Part shown: in pieces, positions 15,040 through 30,300 of the stretch
Numbering within the stretch: the stretch's first letter is position 1
How the letters are laid out: each line of letters starts with the position of its first letter
Source of the DNA: the human T2T-CHM13v2.0 reference genome, Homo sapiens
Length of the DNA stretch: 64,000 bases
NCBI RefSeq assembly: GCF_009914755.1
Contig: NC_060933.1
Reading direction: 5' to 3' (one strand)
Program-made: the position numbers and the translations under genes
Notes under the pieces: model-generated
What the model saw: only the letters and a program-made list of their open reading frames with translations
Told to the model about the DNA's origin: nothing
Databases searched by the model: none

Positions 15040-16790
15040 CATTCCATTGCATTCCGTTCCGTTACATTCCCCTGCACTCGCGTTGATTCCATTCCATTCC
15101 ATTCCATTCCATTCAATCCCATTCCACTACAGTTCTTTCCATTCCATTCTATTCCGTACCATTCCATTCCATTCCATACCATTCCATTCCATTCCCTTCC
15201 ATTCCGTTCCATTCCATTCCATACTATTCTATTCGGATTAATTCCATTCCAATCCATTCAATTCCATTCCATTACATTCCATTCCGTTCCATTCCATTCC
15301 ATTCCATTCTATTCGGATTAATTCCATTCCATTCCATTCCATTCTATTCCATTCCATTGCAATGGAGGTGAATCCGTTGCATTCCATTCCATTCCATTCC
15401 ATTCCATTCCATTCCATTCCATTCCATTCCAGAAGATTCCATTCCATTGCATTCCATTCCATTCCATTCCCCTGCACTCGCGTTGGTTCCATTCCATACC
15501 ATTCCGTTCCATTCCATTCCGTTCCGTTCCATTCCATTCCATTCCATTCCATTCCATTCCGTTCCGTTCAGTTCCGTTCCATTCCATTCCATTCTATTCG
15601 GGTTAATTCCATTCCATTCCATTCGATTGCAATCGAGTTGATTCCATTCCATTCCATTCCATTCCATTCCATTCCATTCCATTCCATTCCATTCCATTAC
15701 AATCGAGTTGATTCCATTCCATTCCATTCCATTCCAGTCCTTTCCATTCCATTCCACTTGGGTTGATTCCATTCTATTAGTTTCCATTCCATTCCATTCC
15801 CTTCCATTCCACTCTGGTTGATTCCATTCCTTTCCATTCCACTCGAATACATTCCCTCCTATTCCACTCGGAACGATTCCATTCCATTCCATTCCAATCC
15901 ATTCCATTCCATTCCATTCCATTTCGTTACATTCCATTCTATTCCGTATCATTCCATTCCATTCCATTCCATTCCATTCCATTCCATTGTACTCGGGTTG
16001 ATTCCATTGCATTGCATTCCATTCCATTCCATTCCATTCCATTCCGTTGCATTCCATTCCACTACATTCGGATTGATTCTATTCAACTCCCTTACCTTCC
16101 ATTCCATTCCATTCCATTCGGATTGTTCCATTCGATTCCATTCCATTCCACTCCATTCCATTGCACTCGGGTTGATTCCATTCCATTCCATTCCATTCCA
16201 TTCCATTCCATTCCGGATGATTCCATTCCATTGCATTCCGTTCCGTTACATTCCCCTGCACTCGCGTTGATTCCATTCCATTCCATTCCATTCCATTCAA
16301 TCCCATTCCACTATAGTTCGTTCCATTCCATTCTATTCCGTACCATTCCATTCCATTCCATACCATTCCATTCCATTCCATTCCATTCCCTTCCATTCCG
16401 TTCCATTCCATTCCATTCTATTCTATTCGGATTAATTCCATTCCAATCCATTCCATTCCATTCCATTCCATTCCATTCCATTCCAGAAGATTCCATTCCA
16501 TTCCATTCCATTCTATTCCATTCTATTGCAGTAGAGTTGAATCCGTTGCATTCCATTCCATTCCATTCCATTCCATTCCATTCCAGAAGATTCCATTCCA
16601 TTGCATTCCATTCCATTCCATTCCCCTGCACTCGCGTTGGTTCCATTCCATACCATTCCATTCCATTCCATTCCGTTCCGTTCCGTTCCATTCCATTCCA
16701 TTCCATTCCATTCCGTTCCGTTCAGTTCCGTTCCATTCCATTCCATTCTTTTCGGGTTAATTCCATTCCATTCCATTCCATTGCAATCGA
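15040..16790 (+). repeat. Interrupted duplication: ~15040-15640 repeated at ~16225-16790
   Basis: Shared CCGTTACATTCCCC, CAATCCCATTCCACTA, CGGATTAATT, GAATCCGTTGC, CGCGTTGGTTCC and CGTTCAGTTCC at an offset of ~1.15-1.18 kb. Confidence 0.8.
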
Positions 16791-19700
16791 GTAGATTCCA
16801 TTCCATTCCATTCCATTCCATTCCATTCCATTCCATTCCTTTCCATTCCATTATGGATGATTCCATACCATTGCATTACATTCCATTCCATTCCCCTGTA
16901 CTCGGGTTGATTCCATTCCATTCCATTCCATTCCATTCCATTCTATTCCATTCCATTCCATTCCATTCCGGAAGACTCCATTCCTTTGCATTCCATTCCA
17001 TTCCATTCCCCTGCACTCGCGTTGATTCCATTCCATTCCATTCCATTCCATTGCATTCCGTTCCGTTCCATTCCATTCCATTCCATTCCATTCCATTCCA
17101 TTCCATTCCGTTCCGTTCCATTCCGTTCCATTCCATTCCATTCCATTCTATTTGGGTTAATTCCATTCCATTCCATTCGATTGCAATCGAGTTGATTCCA
17201 TTCCATTCCATTCCATTCCATTCCATTCCATTCCATTCCATTCCTTTCCATTACATTACTGATGATTCCATTCCATTTCATTCCATTCCATTCCATTCCC
17301 CTGTACTCGGGTTGATTCCATTCCATTCCATTCCAATCCATGCCATTCCACTCGGGTTGATTCCATTCCATTGCATTCCATTCCATTCCATTCAATTCCA
17401 TTCCGTTCCATTCCATTCCATTACATTCGGATTGATTCTATTCAACTCCCTTACTCTTCATTATATTCCATTCCATTCGGGTTGTTCCATTGCATTCCAT
17501 TCCATTCCACTCCATTCCATTGCACTCGGGTTTATTCCTTTCCATTCCATTCCATTCCATTCCATTCCATTCCATTCCAATCCATTCCTTAAGATTCCAT
17601 TCCATTCCATTCCCCTGCACTCGCGTTGATTCCATTCCATTCCATTCCATTCCATTCCAATCCATTCCATTCCGTTCCGTTCCATTCCATTCCATTCCAT
17701 TCCATTCCATTCCATTCCATTCCAATCCATTCCATTCCGTTCCGTTCCATTCCATTCCATTCCATTCCATTCCATTGCATTCCATTCCATTCCATTCCAC
17801 TGCACTCGCGTTGATTCCATTCCAGTCCATTCCATTCCATTCCATTCCATTCCATACCATTCCATTCCATTCCACTCCGTTCCGTTCCATTCCATTCCAT
17901 TCCATTCCGTTCCGTTCCATTCCATTCCATTCCATTCTATTCGGGTTAATTGCATTCCATTCCATTCGATTGCAATCGAGTTGATTCCATTCCATTCCAT
18001 TCCATTCCATTCCATTCCATTCCATTCCTTTCCATTCCATTACGGATGGTTCCATTCCATTGCATTCCATTCCATTCCATTCCCCTCTACTCGGGTTGAT
18101 TCCATTCCATTCCATTCCAATCCATGCCATTCCACTCGTGTTGATTCCATTCTTTCCATTCCATTCAAGTTGAATCCATTCCATTGTATTCCATTCGATT
18201 CCATTCCCCTGCAGTCGGGTTGATTCCATTCCATTCCATTGCATTCCATTCCATTCCATTCCATTCCGTTCCTTTCCATTCCATTCCATTCCATTCTATT
18301 CGGGTTAATTCCATTCCATTCCATTCCATTCCATTCCATTCCATTCCATTCCATTCCATTCCGTTCCGTTCCGTTCCGTTCCATTCCATTCCATTCCATT
18401 CCATTCCATTCCATTCCGTTCCGTTCCATTCCATTCCATTCCATTCTATTCGGGTTAATTCCATTCCATTCCATTCGATTGCAATCGAGTTGATTCCATT
18501 CCATTCCATTCCATTCCATTCCTTTCCATTCCATTACGGATGATTCCATTCCATTGCATTCCATTCCATTCCATTCCTCTGTACTCGGGTTGATTCCATT
18601 CCATTCCATTCCAATCAATGGCATTCCACTCGTGTTGATTCCATTCTTTCCATTCCATTCAAGTTGAATCCATTCCATTGCATTCCATTCCATTCGATTC
18701 CATTCGATTGCACTCGGGTTGATTCCATTCCATTGCATTCCATTCCATTCCATTCCATTCCATTCCATTCCATTCCATTCCGTTCCATTCCATTCCATTA
18801 CATTCGGATTGATTCTATTCAATTCCCTTACACTCCATTACATTCAATTCCATTCCATTCGGGTACTTTCCATTCCATTCCATTCCATTCCTCTCTATTC
18901 CATTGCACTCGGGTTGATTCCATTCCATTGCATTCCATTCCATTCCATTCAATTCCATTCCGTTCCATTCCATTCCATTACATTCGGATTGATTCTATTC
19001 AACTCCCTTACTCTCCATTCCATTCCATTCCATTCGGGTTGTTCCATTCCATTCCATTCCATTCCACTCCATTCCATTGCACTCAGGTTAATTCCATTCC
19101 ATTCCATTCCATTCCATTCCATTCCATTCCATTCCATTCCATTCCGGAAGATTCCATTCCATTGCATTCCATTCCATTCCATTCCATTCCCCTGCACTCG
19201 CGTTGATTCCATTCCATTCCATTCTATTCCATTCCATTCCCTTCCTTTCCGTTCCATTCCATTCCATTCCATTCCATTCCATTCTATTCGGTTTAATTCC
19301 ATTCCATTCCATTCCATTCTTTTCCATTCTATTCCATTCCATTCCCTTCCTTTCCTTTCCGTTCCATTCCATTCCATTCCATTCCATTCTATTCGATTTA
19401 ATTCCATTCCATTCCATTCCATTCCATTCTATTCCATTCCATGGCAATCGAGTTGAATGCATTGCATTCCATTCCATTCCATTCCATTCCATTCCATTCC
19501 ATTCCATTCCACTCCATTCCATTCCGGAAGATTCCATTCCATTGCATTCCATTCCATTCCATTCCATTCCATTCCATTCCATTGTACTCGGGTTGCTTCC
19601 ATTACATTGCATTCCATTCCATTCCATTCCATTCCATTCCATTCCATTCCATTCCATTACATTCGGATTGATTATTTTCAACTCCCTTAATCTCCATTAC

Positions 19701-22700
19701 ATTCCATTCCATTCGGGTTGTTCCATTCCATTCCATTCCATTCCACTCCATTCCATTGCACTCGGGTTGATTCCATTCCATTCCATTCCTTTCCATTCCG
19801 GATGATTCCATTCCATTGCATTCCGTTCCATTACATTCCCCTGCACTCGGGTTGATTCCATTCCTTTCCATTCCATTCCATTCGATTCCATACCATTCAC
19901 CTGCACTCGCGTTGATTCCATTCCATTCCATTCCATTCCATTCCATTCCATTCCTTTCCATTCCAGTCCTTTCCATTCCATTCCAATCGGGTTGATTCCA
20001 TTCTATTATTTTCCATTCCATTCCATTCCCTTCCATTCCACTCTGGTTGATTCCTTTCCTTTCCATTCCACTCGAATACATTCCCTCCTATTCCAGTCGG
20101 AACGATTCCATTCCATTCCATTCCATTCCATTCCATTCCATTCCTTTCCATTCCAGTCCTTTCCATTCCATTCCACTCGGGTTGATTCCATTCTATTAGT
20201 TTCCATTCCATTCCATTCCCTTCCATTCCACTCTGGTTGATTCCATTCCATTCCATTCCATTCCATTCCATTCCATTCCATTCCATTCCATTCCATTCCA
20301 TTTTGTTCCATTCCATTCTATTCCGTATCATTCCATTCCATTCCATTCCATTCCATTCCATTCCATTCCATTCCACTCGTGTTGATTCCATTCATTTCCA
20401 TTCCATTCGGTTTGAAGTCATTCCATTCCATTCCGTTCCATTCCATTCCATTCCATTCCATTCCATTTCATTGTATTCGGGTTGATTCCATTCCATTCCA
20501 TTCAATTCCATTGCGTTCCATTCCATTACATTACATTCGGATTGATTCTATTCAACTCCCTTACTCTCCATTACATTCCATTCCATTCGGGTTGTTCCAT
20601 TCCATTCCATTCCATTCCACTCCATTCCATTGCTCTCGGGTTGATTCCATTCCATTCCATTCCATTCCATTCCATTACGGATGATTCCATTCCATTGCAT
20701 TCCGTTCCATTACATTCCCCTAAACTCGCGTTGATTCCATTCCATTCCATTCCTTTCCATTCAATTCCATTCCATCACAATTCGTTCCATTCCATTCTAT
20801 TCCGTACCATTCCATTCCATTCCATACCATTCCATTGCATTCCATTCCATTCCATTCCGTTTCATTCCGTTCCATTCCATTCCATTCCATTCTATTCGGG
20901 TTAATTCCATTCCATTCCATTCCATTCTATTCCATTCCATTGCAATCGAGTTGAATCCATTGCATTTCATTCCATTCCATTCCATTACGGAAGATTCCAT
21001 TCCATTGCATTCCATTCCATTCCATTCCCCTGCACTCGCGTTGATTCCATTCCATTCCATTCCATTCCATTCCATTCCATTCCATTCCGTTCCGTTCCGT
21101 TCCATTCCATTCCATTCCATTCCATTCCATTCCGTTCCGTTGCATTCCATTCCATTCCATTCTATTCGGTTTAATTCCATTCCATTCCATTCGATTGCAA
21201 TCGAGTTGATTCCATTCCATTCCATTCCATTCAATTCCATTCCTTTCCATTCCATTCCATTCCTTTCCATTCCATTACGGATGATTCCATTCCATTGCAT
21301 TCCATTCCATTCCATTCCCCTGTACTCGGCTTGATTCCATTCCATTCTATTCCAATCCATGCCATTCCACTCGTGTTGATTCCATTCTTTCCATTCCATT
21401 CAAGTTGAATCCATTCCATTGCATTCCATTCCATTCGATTCCATTCGATTGCACTCGGGTTGATTCCATTCCATTGCATTCCATTCCATTCCATTCCATT
21501 CCATTCCATTCCATTCCATTCCCTTCCATTCCATTCCATTACATTTGGATTGATTCTATTCAACTCCCTTACTCTCCATTCCATTCCATTCCCTTCGGGT
21601 TGTTCCATTCCATTCCATTCCATTCCACTCCATTCCATTACACTCCAGTTTATTCCATTCCATTCCATTCCATTCCATTCCATTCCATTCCATTCCATTC
21701 CATTCCGGAAGATTCCATTCCATTGCATTCCATTCCATTCCATTCCCCTGCACTCGCGTTGATTCCATTCCATTCCATTCCATTCCATTCCATTCCATTC
21801 CATCCCTTTCCGTTCCATTCCATTCCATTCCATTCCATTCCAATCCATTCCATTCCGTTCCGTTCCATTCCATTCCAATCCATTCCATTCTATTCGGTTT
21901 AATTCCATTCCATTCCATTCGATTGCAATCGAGTTGATTCCATTCCATTCCATTCCATTCCATTCCATTATATTCCTTTCCATTCCATTACGGATGATTC
22001 CATTCCATTGCATTCCATTCCATTCCATTCCCCTGTACTCGGGTTGATTCCATTCCATTCCATTCCAATCCATGCCATTCCACTCGTGTTGATTCCATTC
22101 TTTCCATTCCATTCAAGTTGAATCCATTCCATTGCATTCCATTCCATTCCATTCCCCTGCAGTCGGGTTGATTCCATTCCATTCCATTCCATTCCATTCC
22201 ATTCCATTCCATTCCGTTCCGTTACATTCCATTCCACTCCATTCTCTTCGGGTTAATTCCATTCCATTCCATTACATTCCATTCCATTCCAATCGAGTTG
22301 ATTCCATTCCATTCCTTTCCATTCCATTCCACTCCATTCCAGTCCTTTCCATTCCATTCCACTCGGGTTGATTCCAATGTATTCCTTTCCATTCCATTCC
22401 ATTCCATTGCAATCGAGTTGATTCCATTGCTTTGCATTCCATTCCATTCCATTCCATTCCGGATGATTCCATTCCGTTGCATTCCATACAAATCTAATCC
22501 CCTGCACTCGGGTTGATTCCATTCCATTCCACTCCATTCCGTTCCATTCCATTCCATTCCATTGTATTTGGGTTAATTTCATTCCATTCCATTCCATTCC
22601 ATTCCATTCCATTACAATCGAGTTGATTCCATTCCATTCCATTCCATTCCAGTCCTTTCCATTCCATTCCACTCGGGTTGATTCCATTCTATTAGTTTCC

Positions 22701-23639
22701 ATTCCATTCCATTCCCTTCCATTCCACTCTGGTTGATTCCATTCCTTTCCATTCCACTCGAATACATTCCCTCCTATTCCACTCGGAACGATTCCATTCC
22801 ATTCCATTCCATTGCATTCCATTGCATTCCATTCCATTCCATTTCGTTCCATTCCATTCTATTCCGTATCATTCCATTCCATTCCATTGCATTCCATTCC
22901 ATTCCATTCCATTCCATTCCATTCCGTTGCATTCCATTCCATTACATTCGGATTGATTCTATTCAACTCCCTTACTCTCCATTACATTCCATTCCATTCG
23001 GGTTGTTCAATTCCATTCCATTCCATTCCACTCCATTCCATTGCACTCGGTTTGATTCCATTCCATTCCATTCCATTACATTCCATTCCATTCCATTCCA
23101 TTCCGTTGCATTCCATTCCATTACATTCGGATTGATTCTATTCAACTCCCTTACTCTCCATTACATTCCATTCCATTCGGGTTGTTTCATTCCATTCCAT
23201 TCCATTCCACTCCATTCCATTGCACTCGGGTTGATTCCATTCCATTCCATTCCATTCCATTCCATTCCATTCCGGATGATTCCATTCCATTGCATTCCGT
23301 TCCATTATATTCCCCTGCACTCGCGTTGATTCCATTCCATTCCACTCCATTCCATTCAATTCCATTCCATTACAATTCGTTCCATTCCATTCTATTTCGT
23401 ACCATTCCATTCCATTTCATACCATTCCATTCCATTCCATTCCATTCCATTCCATTCCGTTCCATTCCGTTCCATTCCATTCCATTCGATTCTATTCGGG
23501 TTAATTCCATTCCATTCCATTCCATTCCATTCCATTCTATTCCATTCCATTGCAATCGAGTTGAATCCATTGCATTTCATTCCATTCCATTCCATTCCAT
23601 TCCATTCCATTCCGGAAGATTCCATTCCATTGCATTCCA

Positions 23640-24200
23640 TTCCATTCCATTCCCCTGCACTCGCGTTGATTCCATTCCATTCCATTCCATTCCATTCCAT
23701 TCCGTTCCGTTCCGTTCCGTTCCTTTCCATTCCATTTCATTCCATTCCATTCCATTCCGTTCCATTCCATTCCATTCCATTCTATTCGGGTTAATTCCAT
23801 TCCATTCCATTCGATTGCAATCGTGTTGATTCCATTCCATTCCATTCCATTCCATTCCATTCCATTCCATTCCATTCCTGTCCATTCCATTACGGATGAT
23901 TCCATTCCATTGCATTCCATTCCATTCCATTCCCCTGCACTCGCGTTGATTCCATTCCATTCCATTCCATTCCATTCCATTCCATTCCGTTCCGTTCCGT
24001 TCCGTTCCTTTCCATTCCATTCCATTCCATTCCATTCCATTCCGTTCCATTCCATTCCATTCCATTCTATTCGGGTTAATTCCATTCCATTCCATTCGAT
24101 TGCAATCGTGTTGATTCCATTCCATTCCATTCCATTCCATTCCATTCCATTCCATTCCATTCCTGTCCATTGCATTACGGATGATTCCATTCCATTGCAT
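23640..24200 (+). repeat. Tandem duplication, unit ~280-285 bp
   Basis: CGATTGCAATCGTGTTG and the rare variant CCTGTCC each occur twice, 285 bp apart. Confidence 0.8.
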
Positions 24201-25644
24201 TCCATTCCATTCCATTCCCCTGTACTCGGGTTGATTCCATTCCATTGCATTCCAATCCATGCCCTTCCACTCGTGTTGATTCCATTCTTTCCATTCCATT
24301 CAATTTGAATCCATTCCATTGCATTCCATTCCATTCGATTCCATTCGATTGCACTCGGGTTGATTCCATTCCATTCCATTCCATTCCATTCCATTCCATT
24401 ACATTAGGATTGATTCTATTCAATTCCCTTACACTCCATTACATTCCATTCCATTCGGGTAGTTTCCATTCCATTCCATTCCATTCCTTTCCATTCCATT
24501 GCACTCGGGTTGATTCCATTCCATTGCATTCCATTCCATTCCATTCAATTCCATTCCGTTCCATTCCATTCCATTGCATTCGGATTGATTCTATTCAACT
24601 CCCTTACTCTCCATTACATTCCATTCCATTCGGGTTGTTCCATTCCATTCCACTCCATTCCATTGCACTCGGGTTGATTCCATTCCATTCCATTCCATTC
24701 CATTCCATTCCATTCCGGAAGATTCCATTCCATTGCATTCCATTCCATTCCATTCCCCTGCACTCGCGTTGATTCCATACCATTCTTTTCTATTCCATTC
24801 CATTCCCTTCCTTTCCGTTCCATTCCATTCCATTCCATTCCATTCCATTCCATTCCATTCCGTTCCGTTCCATTCCATTCCATTCCATTCTATTCGGGTT
24901 AATTCCATTCCATTCCATTCGATTGCAATCGAGTTGATTCCATTCCATTCCATTCCTTTCCATTCCATTCCATTCCTTTCCATTCCATTACGGATGATTC
25001 CATTCCATTGCATTCCATTCCATTCCATTCCCCTGTACTCGGGTTGATTCCATTCCATTCCATTCCAATCCTTGCCATTCCACTCGTGTTGATTCCATTC
25101 TTTCCATTCCATTCAAGTTGAATCCATTCCATTGCATTCCATTCCATTCGATTCCATTCGATTGCACTCGGGTTGATTCCATTCCATTGCATTCCATTCC
25201 ATTCCATTCCATTCCATTCCATTCCATTCCGTTCCATTCCATTTCATTACATTCAGATTGATTCTATTCAATTCCCTTACACTCCATTATATTCCAATCC
25301 ATTCTGGTTGTTTCCATTCCATTCCATTCCATTTCACTCCATTCCATTGCCCTCGTGTTGATTCCATTCTATTCCATTCCATTGCATTCCATTCCATTCC
25401 ATTCTGGATGATTCCATTCCATTGCATTCCATTCCATTCCATTCCCCTGCACTCGGGTTGATTCCATTCCATTCCATTCCATTCCATTCCGTTCCATTCC
25501 ATTCCATTCCATTCGGATTGATTCTATTCAATTCCCTTACACTCCATTACATTCCATTCCATTCGGGTAGTTTCCATTCCATTCCATTCCATTCCTCTCC
25601 ATTCCATTGCACTCGGGTTGATTCCATTCCATTCCATTCCATTC

Positions 25645-27320
25645 CATTCCTTTCCATTCCATTACATTACTTTCCATTCGATTCCGTTCCATTGTACTCG
25701 GGTTGATTCCACTCCATTGCATTCCATTCCATTCCATTCCATTCCATTCCATACCGTTCCATTCCATTACATTCGTATTGATTCTATTCAACTCCCTTAC
25801 TCTCCATTACATTCCATTCCATTCGGGTTGTTCCATTCCATTCCATTCCATTCCACTCCATTCCATTGCACTCGGGTTGATTCCATTCCATTCCATTCCA
25901 TTCCATTCCATTCCATTCCATTCCATTCCGGATGATTCCATTCCATTGCGTTCCGTTCCATTACATTCCCCTGCACTCGGGTTGATTCCATTCCATTCCA
26001 TTCCATTCCATTCCATTCCATTCCAATTCTTTCCATTCCATTCTATTCCGTACCATTCCATTCCATTCCATACAATTCCATTCCATTCCATTCCACTCCG
26101 TTGCGTTCCGTTCCGTTCCGTTCCGTTCCATTCCATTCCATTCCATTCTATTCGGTTTAATACCATTCCATTCCATTCCATTCCATTCTATTCCATTCCA
26201 TTCTATTCCTTTCCATTGCAATCGAGTTGAATCCATTGCATTCCATTCCATTCCATTCCATTCCATTCCATTCCGGAAGATTCCATTCCATTGCATTCCA
26301 TTCCATTCCATTCCATTCCATTCCATTCCATTCCATTCCATTGTACTCGGGTTGATTCCATTCCATTGCATTCCATTCCATTCCATTCCATTCCGTTCCA
26401 TTCCATTCCATTACATTCGGATTGATTCTTTTCAACTCCCTTACTCTCCATTACATTCCATTCCATTCGGGTTGCTCCATTCCATTCCATTCCATTCCAT
26501 TCCATTACATTACTTTCCATTCGATTCCGTTCCATTGTACTCGGGTTGATTCCATTCCATTGCATTCCATTCCATTCCATTCCATTCCATTCCATACCGT
26601 TCCATTCCATTACATTCGTATTGATTCTATTCAACTCCCTTACTCTCCATTACATTCCATTCCATTCGGGTTGTTCCATTCCATTCCATTCCATTCCACT
26701 CCATTCCATTGCACTCGGGTTGATTCCATTCCATTCCATTCCATTCCATTCCATTCCATTCCATTCCATTCCGGATGTTTCCATTCCATTGCATTCCGTT
26801 CCATTACATTCCCCAGCACTCGGGTTGATTCCATTCCATTCCATTCCATTCCATTCCAATTCTTTCCATTCCATTCTATTCCGTACCATTCCATTCCATT
26901 CCATACAATTCCATTCCATTCCATTCCACTCCGTTGCGTTCCGTTCCGTTCCGTTCCGTTCCATTCCATTCCATTCCATTCTATTCGGTTTAATACCATT
27001 CCATTCCATTCCATTCCATTCTATTCCATTCCATTCTATTCCATTCCATTGCAATCGAGTTGAATCCATTGCATTCCATTCCATTCCATTCCATTCCATT
27101 CCATTCCATTCCGGAAGATTCCATTCCATTGCATTCCATTCCATTCCATTACATTCCATTACATTCCAATCCATTGTACTCGGGTTGATTCCATTCCATT
27201 GCATTCCATTCCATTCCATTCCATTCCGTTCCATTCCATTCCATTACATTCGGATTGATTCTTTTCAACTCCCTTACTCTCCATTACATTCCATTCCATT
27301 CGGGTTGCTCCATTCCATTC
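25645..27320 (+). repeat. Head-to-tail tandem duplication, unit ~840 bp
   Basis: ATTACATTACTTTCC at 25661 and 26504, and GTTGCTCC at 26471 and 27304. Both copies share CATACCGTTCC, CGTATTG and GGTTTAATACC. Confidence 0.88.
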
Positions 27321-30300
27321 CATTCCATTCCACTCCATTCCATTGCACTCGGGTTGATTCCATTCTATTCCATTCCATTCCATTCCATTCCAGATGATTC
27401 CATTCCATTGCATTCCGTTCCATTCCATTCCCCTGCACTCGTGTTGATTCCATTCCATTCTATTCCTTTCCATTCCAGTCCTTTCCATTACATTCCACTC
27501 GGGTTGATTCCATTCTATTAGTTTCCATTCCATTCCATTCCCTTCCATTCCACTCTGGTTGATTCCATTCCTTTCCATTCCACTCGAATACATTCCCTCC
27601 TATTCCACTCGGAACGATTCCATTCCATTCAATTCCATTCCATTCCATTCCATTCCATTCCATTCCATTTCGTTCCATTCCATTCTATTCCGTATCATTC
27701 CATTCCATTCCATTCCATTCCATTCCATTCGTGTTGATTGCATTCCTTTCCATTCCATTCGGTTTGAAGGCATTCCATTCCATTCCATTCCATTCCATTC
27801 CATTCCATTCCATTCCATTCCATTCCATTGTACTCGGGTTGATTCCATTCCATTGCATTCCATTCCATTCCATTCCATTCCATTCCGTTGCATTCCATTC
27901 CATTACTTTCGGATTGATTCTATTCAACTCCCTTACTCTCCATTACATTCCATTCCATTCGGGTTGTTCCATTCCATTCCATTCCATTCCACTCCATTCT
28001 ATTGCACTCGGGTTGATTCCATTCCATTCCATTCCATTCCATTCCATTCCGGATGATTCCATTCCATTGCATTCCATTCCATTACATTCCCCTGCACTCG
28101 CGTTGATTCCATTCCATTCCATTCCATTCCATTCAATTCCATTCCATTACAATTCGTTCCATTCCATTCTATTCCGTACCATTCCATTCCATTCCATTCC
28201 ATTCCATTGCATTCCATTCCATTACATTCCGTTCCATTCCGTTCCATTGCATTCCATTCCATTCTGTTCGGGTTAATTCCATTCCATTCCATTCCATTCC
28301 ATTCTATTCCATTCCATTGCAATCGAGTTGAATCCATTGCATTTCATTCCATTCCATTCCATTCCATTCCATTCCAGAAGATTCCATTCCATTGCATTCC
28401 ATTCCATTCCATTCCCCTGCACTCTCGTTGATTCCATTCCATTCCATTCCACTCCATTCCATTCCATTCCGTTCCGTTCCGTTCCGTTCCGTTCCGTTCC
28501 GTTCCATTCCATTCCATTCCATTCCATTCCGTTCCGTTCCATTCCATTCCATTCCATTCTATTCGGTTTAATTCCATTCCATTCCATTCGATTGCAATCG
28601 AGTTGATTCCATTCCATTCCATTCCATTCCATTCCATTCCATTCCATTCCTTTCCATTCCATTACGGATTATTCCATTCCATTGCATTCCATTCTATTCC
28701 ATTCCCCTGTACTCGGGTTGATTCCATTCCATTCCATTCCAATCCATGCCATTCCACTCGTGTTGATTCCATTCTTTACATTCCATTCAAGTTGAATCCA
28801 TTCCATTGCATTCCATTCCATTCGATTCCATTCGATTGCACTCGGGTTGATTCCATTCCATTGCATTCCATTCCATTCCATTCCATTCCATTCCATTCCA
28901 TTCCGTTCCATTCCATTCCATTACATTCGGATTGATTCTATTCAATTCCCTTATACTCCATTACATTCCATTCCATTCGGGTAGTTTCCATTCCATTCCA
29001 TTCCTCTCCATTCCATTGCACTCGGGTTGATTACATTCCATTGCATTCCATTCTATTCCATTGAATTCCATTCCGTTCCATTCCATTCCATTACATTCGG
29101 ATTGATTCTATTCAACTCCCTTACTCTCCATTACATTACATTCCATTCGGGTTGTTCCATTCCATTCCATTCCATTCCACTCCATTCCATTGCACTCGGG
29201 TTTATTCCATTCAATTCCATTCCATTCCATTCCATTCCATTCCGGAAGATTCCATTCCATTGCATTCCATTCCATTCCATTCCCCTGCACTCGGGTTGAT
29301 TCCATTCCATTCCATTCCATTCCATTCCATTCCATTCCATTCCATTCCATTCCATTCCTTTCCGTTCCATTCCATTCCATTCCATTCCATTCCATTCCAT
29401 TCCGTTCCGTTCCGTTCCGTTCCATTCCATTCCATTCCATTCTATTCGGGTTAATTCCATTCCATTGCATTCGATTGCAATCGAGTTGATTCCATTCCAT
29501 TCCATTCCATTCCATTCCATTCCATTCCTTTCCATTCCATTACGGATGATTCCATTCCATTGCATTCCATTCCATTCCTTTCCCCTGTACTCGGGTTGAT
29601 TCCATTCCATTCCATTCCAATCCATGCCATTCCACTCGTGTTGATTCCATTCTTTCCATTCCATTCAAGTTGAATCCATTCCATTGCTTTCCATTCCATT
29701 CCATTCCCCTGCAGTCGGGTTGATTCCATTCCATTCCATTCCATTCCATTCCATTTCATTCCGTTCCGTTCCGTTCCGTTCCATTCCATTCCATTTAATT
29801 CTATTCGGGTTAATTCCATTCCATTCCATTCCATTCCAATCGAGTTGATTCTATTCCATTCCATTCCATTCCACTCCACTCCATTCCAGTCCTTTCCATT
29901 CCATTCCACTCGGGTTGATTCCAATGTATTCCTTTCCATTCCATTCCATTCCATTGCAATCGAGTTGATTCCATTGCTTTGCATTCCATTCCATTCCATT
30001 CCATTCCGGATGATTCCATTCCATTGCATTCCATTCTATTCCATTCCCCTGCACTCGGGTTGATTCCATTCCATTCCACTCCATTCCGTTCCATTCCATT
30101 CCATTCCATTGTATTCGGGTTAATTCCATTCCATTCCAGTCCATTCCATTCCATTCCATTCCATTACAATCGAGTTGATTCCATTCCATTCCATTCCATT
30201 CCATTCCAGTCCTTTCCATTCCATTCCACTCGGGTTGATTCCATTCTATTAGTTTCCATTCCATTCCATTCCCTTCCATTCCACTCTGCTGATTCCATTC

